Of a stretch of DNA of 64,000 nt, positions 58,609 through 64,000 are shown piece by piece. Origin of the DNA: an uncultured delta proteobacterium (GTDB lineage: Bacteria; Myxococcota; Myxococcia; Myxococcales; Myxococcaceae); assembly GCA_963771175.1 (NCBI GenBank), contig CAVYSY010000040.1:418756-482755 (forward strand), read 5' to 3'. Under the pieces are notes generated by a model. That model had not been told where the DNA came from, did not search any database, and worked only from the letters and a program-made list of their open reading frames with translations. A program made the translations under genes and the position numbers. Every line of letters begins with the position of its first letter. Within the stretch, counting starts at the first letter, position 1.

Positions 58609-59617
58609 ATGAGTCTCGTCCTGGTAGCGGACGATGAGCCCGCGGTGCTCGAGGTGCTGAGCCAGGTCGTAGAGGACCTGGGGCACGATGTGATCCAGGC
58701 GCGTGACGGCGAGGAGGCGTGGAACCTCGCGCGTGCGCGCCGGCCGAACCTGGTGGTCACGGACCACATGATGCCGCGACTGAGCGGCCTGGACCTGTGT
58801 CGCAAGCTCAAGGGCGACGAGTTCCTCGGCCGCGTGCCCATCATCCTGTTGAGTGCGGTTCTCCCACATGGTGCGCCCGGAGGCCCACGCCTTCCTGCAC
58901 AAGCCCTTCGAGATCACGGACTTCGAGTCGCTGATCCGCCAGGCGCTGGCGGAGGCGCCGCAGCCGAAGGCCCTGGAGGGCGGGAAGGCGGTGGCGGCGC
59001 TGGGCGACTGGGTGGCCCTGGGCTTCGAGGGGCCCTTGTCCTCGGCGAGCGCGCAGGTGGAGCGGCTGAAGGCGGAGGGCCGGGCGGACGGAGGGGCGCT
59101 GGAGACGCTCGGGGCGCAGCTCCAGGTGATGGAGTCGCTGTCGCGGGAGTTCCGAGAGGCGGCGCACCTGGCGGCACGCATGGTGATGTTGCGGCCGGTG
59201 AGGGCTGACCTGGGGGTGCACCTGCGCCACACGCTGGACGCGTGGAGGCAGGCAAAGCCCCAGGTGCGGTGGACGCTGGAGGCCCCGGCCTCGCAGGTGG
59301 AGCTGCGGTTCGATCCGGCGCGGATGGGCCAGGTGCTGGACGCGCTGCTGGGCCATGCGGCGCGGCATGGGGGCGAGGTGCGGGTGGAGCTGGAGTCCAC
59401 GCCGTCGCTGGTGTCGGTGCGGGTGAAGGACCAGGGTCCGGGCATCTCGGACGAGGAGCTGCAGCACCTCTTCGAGCCCTTCCGACCCGGAGGGACGGGG
59501 AGTGGGCTGGGGCTCTACATCGCCTCGGAGCTGACGCGACTGCATGGCGGCGGGCTCTCGGTGGAGTCGAAGCGGGGGCAGGGCACGACGTTCAGCGTGA
59601 TCCTGCCCCGGGGCTGA
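58609..59617 (+). CDS. Hybrid receiver/HATPase protein with degenerate H and N boxes (one frameshift)
   Basis: LVLVADDE...TDHMMP; VKDQGPGI, LFEPF, GSGLGL. Confidence 0.82.
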
Positions 59618-59623
59618 GTGGCT

Positions 59624-60662
59624 CTACCTGGACTCGGACTTCAGCATCCAGCCGATCATCTTGTAGAGCAGCCGGGCGCCGACGTTCCCATCCCACTCGC
59701 CGCCGTCCGGATCCGGGGCGACCTCGGTGAGGTCGAACCCGACGATGGTGCGGCCGGAGCGGACCACGCCGGAGATGAGCGCGACGGCCTCGGGGAAGGA
59801 CAGTCCGCCGGGGACGGGCGTGCCGGTGTGGGGGCACAGCACGGGATCGAGCCCGTCGATGTCGAAGGACAGGTAGACGTGCTGGGGCAGGCCCTTGACC
59901 ATCTCATCCACCTGGCGATTCCAGGGGATGCCGTCGAAGCGCTTGTGGTTGAGGTCCGAGTCGAAGAAGGCGCGGACGCGGCCGCCGGAGGCCTCGATGT
60001 AGCGGTGCTCGTCCTCGCTCATGTCGCGGATGGCGACCTGGACGAGCGACTTCACGCCAGGAATCCGCTCGGCCACGTTGTGCATGATGGAGGCGTGGGA
60101 CCAGGAGAAGCCCTCGTAGGCGTTGCGCAGGTCCGCGTGGGCATCGAGGTGGAGCACGCCGAGGCCGGGGTACTTCTCGGCGTGGGCGCGGATGATGCCG
60201 AAGGAGATGGAGTGGTCTCCGCCGATGGCGCCCACGCGCTTGCCCTTGGCGAGCCACTCCTGGGTCGGTGCTGGTAGACGGCCTCGTGGAGCTGCTCGCA
60301 GAGCTGGTTGACCTCGGTGGAGGCGGCCGGAGCTCCGGGTTGGAGGGGTCGATGCCGCCGGCCTCGATGATGGGGACGGCGCGCTCCTTGGCGCGGGTGT
60401 TCCAGGCGCGCCCTGCTCGGGCTCGGGGAGGAGTGGCGATGCCGCGCTCATAGGGGCGGCCGGTCTCGACGTCGAAGAGGTCGACCTGGCGGCTGGCCTC
60501 GAGGATGGACGAGGGGCCCTCGGAGGTGCCACCGCCGTAGCTGGTGGTGGCCTCGAAGGGCACGGGGATGAGGACGACGTGGGCCTCATCGGGCGAGTGG
60601 GGGAGGCCGAAGATGCCGGAGCCGGGGGCCGCGGCGGCGCTGGGGTCGAAAGCAGCAGGCAT
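59624..60662 (-). CDS. speB: Agmatinase/arginase family ureohydrolase (frameshifted)
   Basis: GGDHSI, HLDAHADL, SHAS, SFDIDGLDP, GTPVPGG. Confidence 0.9.
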
Positions 60663-60803
60663 GGTGGCGGCGGAGGATAAGGGTCCGTGTGCGCTAAGCA
60701 ACGATCCTCTGCACCGGAACCATTTCCCCGCCCCCGAAGGAGTCGCCCGCTGGGGGGACCCACGTCAGGGGCCCTGTCTGGAAGCTCCCTGGAGCGCCCT
60801 GAC

Positions 60804-61793
60804 TCACTCCCAGCGGAGGACGAGCTTGCCCACCGTCTCGTTCTTCGCCATCCGGGTGAGCGCCTCGCGGGCCTCGCGCATGGGGTACACGGCATCCACC
60901 ACTGGAGCGAGCGCCCCGGACTGGAACAGGGGCAGGAGACTCCGCTCGGCGGCCTGGGTGAGGGCCATCTTCTCCTCGGGGGGCCGGCTGCGGAGCACGG
61001 TGCCGGTGATGCGCAGCCGTCGGGTCAGGATGACGCTCAGGTCCGTCTGCACCTGCGAGCCGGCCACGAGGCCCACGAGCAGCACCCGTCCCTGGGGAGC
61101 CATGGCGCGGAGCGTCTCCGGGAGGTAGTCGCCGCCCACGAGGTCCAGCGTGAGGTCCACGCCGCGACCCCCGGTGGCCTCCCGGAGGGCGTCGGCGAAG
61201 CGCGGAGGCGAGGAGTCACACAGCACCGTCTTCTCCACGCCCCAGGCGGAGGCACGGGAGAGCTTCTGCGCGTTGCGCCCCGTCCCGAAGACCCGGGCGC
61301 CCATGGCGCGGCAGAGCTGCGCGGCGGCGGAGCCCACGCCACTGGCCACGGCGTGGACGAGGACGGACTCGCCCATGCGCAGCCCGCCCTGGAGGACGAG
61401 CGCGTCGAAGGCGGTGAGGTAGGCCTCGGGGAGCGCGGCGGCCTGGGGGAAGTCGAGGTTCTCCGGCACGGGGAGGGCCTCGCGCTCGTGGGTGACGAGC
61501 TGCTCGGCGAAGGCACCTCCGCCCACCAGTCCCATCACCCGGTCCCCCACCTTGAACCGGCGGACGAGCGAGCCGATGGCCACCACGTCCCCGGCGTACT
61601 CGAGGCCGGGCACGTCGGCGGGGACGCCCGGAGGAGCGGGGTAGCCGCCGCGGAGCTGGAGGAGATCGGCGCGGTTGAGGGCGGTGGCGCGCACGCGCAC
61701 GAGGAGCTCCCAGGGGCCGGGAGCAGGAGCGGGACGCTCCTCGAAGTCGAGCACCTCGGGGCCGCCGGGGCGGGTGATGCGGAGGACCTGCAT
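60804..61793 (-). CDS. NAD(P)H-quinone oxidoreductase (PIG3/zeta-crystallin family)
   Basis: GGPEVL, ALNRADLLQ, PGLEYAG, VLVHAVASGVG, GKLVL. Confidence 0.93.
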   Translation of the reverse strand: MQVLRITRPGGPEVLDFEERPAPAPGPWELLVRVRATALNRADLLQLRGGYPAPPGVPADVPGLEYAGDVVAIGSLVRRFKVGDRVMGLVGGGAFAEQLVTHEREALPVPENLDFPQAAALPEAYLTAFDALVLQGGLRMGESVLVHAVASGVGSAAAQLCRAMGARVFGTGRNAQKLSRASAWGVEKTVLCDSSPPRFADALREATGGRGVDLTLDLVGGDYLPETLRAMAPQGRVLLVGLVAGSQVQTDLSVILTRRLRITGTVLRSRPPEEKMALTQAAERSLLPLFQSGALAPVVDAVYPMREAREALTRMAKNETVGKLVLRWE

Positions 61794-61881
61794 GGAGGGC
61801 ACCTCAGGGGCTGTTGAACCGGGGCAGTGAAGCACGGATGCTTCCGGGCCCCCTACCTGTCAACGCGTCGAGGTGCTCATC

Positions 61882-64000
61882 GTGTCCGCGCGGAAACTCG
61901 CAGTCGTCCTCCTGGGGGTCATCGGCTGCGCGTGGCTCGGGTGCGCTACGGGCGCCCCCCGTGGGAGTCTGACGAGCGGCTTCGGCCTCCACTCCCGGCC
62001 CGCCTCGGTCCGTTCCAGTTCCGGCTCTCGGCAACGGGTCGCTCCCGTGTCGGCGGAGGCGGTGGGAAGTGGAGGCGGTTTCCCCGCACTGAGGCCGGAC
62101 GTCGCGACAGAACCGCTCCTCGTCGTCATCGAGGAGATGGCGGAGGCCCCGGCCCCTTCCAGCTGCGGAGGCCAGCCGCTCCCCCCGGGATGGCCTGATC
62201 TGTCCTCCAGCGATGCGGAGGCGCTCCTCGCCCCATTCCTGGCGTGCACGCCCGCGGAATTCGTCGGGTTGCAGGACAGGGTGGACATGCCCCGGCTGGT
62301 GGAGAAGCTGGATGACTGGCGCGCCGTCCGGCTCGGTGCCCTGGGGCCCGTGCGCGAGGACGCCGCCGGTGTCCTCAACCGCAAGCGCGCCTCCTTCCTC
62401 GTCCAGGCCACCGAGGAGTATGGCGCCGCCAACGCCGAGGTGTTCGCCCTCTTCCTCCTCCACTCGGCCTTCGACGATGACCTGAAAGAAGTGCTCCTGC
62501 TGCTGGCCCGGGACAAGCGACTCGGGGAGACGCTGGGGGACATGGCCGCTGTCGGTGAGGAACTGGAGCGGCGGGGCTTGAGACTCTCGGACCATCCGGA
62601 CCGGGACTTCGAATGGAGCGACCTGGCCCGGGGAGCGGGCCGTGCCGGCAGGGACTTCCTCAACAGCAGTCTCGTGAGCAATGGGGCGGGAGGGCTCAAC
62701 CTCTCGTGGCTACGAGGGCAACTGCCTCCGCCCTACCAGCAGGCCCTCGACGAGGTGGAGCGGGCACGAGTGCAGCGGCACTTCTCTCCGGGCAACGTGG
62801 CGCTGGGGAGTTTCGACGAGCTGACGTTCGGCGTACCGCTGGGCTTCTACAACCTCGCGGCCGGGACGGGTCACGGGCTGTACTCGCTGTCCCAGGGCCA
62901 GTACGAGCAGGCCACGCGTGAGCTCATGCCCGCGGCGCTGCTGGCGACTTTGTACGCTGGGGGCAAGGGCGCGCGGTACCTCTCCGAGGCCAGGGGAGGC
63001 ACGGGCACCGCGCCGGGAGGCGTGCGGCGACTTCAGCTGCCGGAGCAGCGGCTGAGGGCACTGAGGGAAATGGCGCGGCGGTTGGAGGCGCGGCTGGGCG
63101 TGGACGGCCTTCGTGAGTTGGCCAGCGACATCCAGTCCAGCCGGGAGGCGGGTCGTCTCGTGGCGGTGGGAGGCGTGGACGCCGCCGTTGCCCTTCGCGA
63201 GGCCCGGGGCGATGTGGCCAGGGCGCAGGCGTGGTTGTCACAAGCGAGGCCCGAAGCAGCGGGCCCCACTTCGGCGAGGGGCGGTGCTGGGAATCGCCCT
63301 GGGGGTGTGGCCTCTCTGGTGGACGAGGCGGCGGGCTCCACTCCGAGGAGCGCCAGTGCCGGGAAGAGCCTCGGCGGCCTGGCCTCGCTGGTGGACGAGA
63401 AGGCGGGCCTCACCCCGGAGGTGGTGGAAGCCAAGCTCGCACGGGTGGAGCTCGACTCCGCGGGCCCGCGCCTGTCCGGGGACGTGGCGACCTTGAGGAA
63501 GCACAGCCCCTCCCTCGACACCCCGCGACCAGGAGCCAAGGGCAACCCGCGCTGGAGCGAGTACGTCGCCTACTACGAGAAGCGAGTCGCGGAGCTCGAG
63601 CAGGGCATGGCGGTGAAGTGGCCCCTCGAGTGGGCGGGCTACGAGCGGATGCGGGGGAACTTCGCCCGAGGGCTTGCCTTCGAGCGCGCCTTCGTGGAGT
63701 TGCTACGCGCCGACGCGGCCCTCCCTCGCGCCATGCGCCGCTACCTCCAGGACTTCCACAAGCCCCGCGTCGAGACGTACGTGGGCGTGAAGAAAGAGGG
63801 CACCGGCCTGCGCTTCGCGGATGTGCTCATCATCGAAGAGGGCGAGCTCGCCGGCCCGCTCCCTCGCGTGGAGACGTTCAGCTTCAAGAGCCGCGACCTC
63901 TCCCTGCTGGAGCGAAGTCCGTTGGAGTCGCAGATGAAGGCGGACGCGCGCGAGGCCCTGCGCTATTACGGCGAGATGTTGAATGTCCGCCGGCCCGCTC
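61882..64000 (+). CDS. Large lipoprotein with a C-terminal PD-(D/E)xK-like nuclease domain, putative polymorphic toxin (runs off the window; absent from ORF track)
   Basis: GAGG RBS plus GTG; lipobox WLGC; open frame to the window end; RGLAFERA...RFADVLII...ETFSFKSR. Confidence 0.72.
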   Translation, partial: MSARKLAVVLLGVIGCAWLGCATGAPRGSLTSGFGLHSRPASVRSSSGSRQRVAPVSAEAVGSGGGFPALRPDVATEPLLVVIEEMAEAPAPSSCGGQPLPPGWPDLSSSDAEALLAPFLACTPAEFVGLQDRVDMPRLVEKLDDWRAVRLGALGPVREDAAGVLNRKRASFLVQATEEYGAANAEVFALFLLHSAFDDDLKEVLLLLARDKRLGETLGDMAAVGEELERRGLRLSDHPDRDFEWSDLARGAGRAGRDFLNSSLVSNGAGGLNLSWLRGQLPPPYQQALDEVERARVQRHFSPGNVALGSFDELTFGVPLGFYNLAAGTGHGLYSLSQGQYEQATRELMPAALLATLYAGGKGARYLSEARGGTGTAPGGVRRLQLPEQRLRALREMARRLEARLGVDGLRELASDIQSSREAGRLVAVGGVDAAVALREARGDVARAQAWLSQARPEAAGPTSARGGAGNRPGGVASLVDEAAGSTPRSASAGKSLGGLASLVDEKAGLTPEVVEAKLARVELDSAGPRLSGDVATLRKHSPSLDTPRPGAKGNPRWSEYVAYYEKRVAELEQGMAVKWPLEWAGYERMRGNFARGLAFERAFVELLRADAALPRAMRRYLQDFHKPRVETYVGVKKEGTGLRFADVLIIEEGELAGPLPRVETFSFKSRDLSLLERSPLESQMKADAREALRYYGEMLNVRRPA

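Overview
High-GC myxobacterial (Myxococcaceae/Archangiaceae-like) chromosomal segment. Its gene order resembles the Myxococcus xanthus groEL2-encC-romR-valS-nadC-glpX-eno-surE-lexA-tmoK region, recalled from memory rather than searched. The left end is an accessory zone beside a tRNA-Sec gene, with a SitA5-type lipoprotein toxin, its likely immunity gene, orphan immunity and toxin fragments, an IS-like remnant and a partial GrpE-like gene. The centre holds housekeeping and signalling genes and a 41-bp palindromic tandem repeat array behind lexA. At 33-47 kb a co-directional cluster encodes a HAMP kinase, a FecR protein, an Ig-like protein, a 1196-aa outer-membrane barrel with a SprA-like motif and two MYXO-CTERM surface proteins; this is the best candidate for an undescribed surface-export/display system. 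The right part has DUF4388 and MshEN proteins, hflX, a DHCR24-like oxidoreductase, two degenerate kinases, DegP, agmatinase, a quinone oxidoreductase and a partial lipoprotein with a C-terminal PD-(D/E)xK-like nuclease that the ORF track misses. Many genes, including essential ones, are split by single-base indels that cluster in blocks; these are most likely sequencing or assembly errors, so coordinates of such genes span the reconstructed gene.
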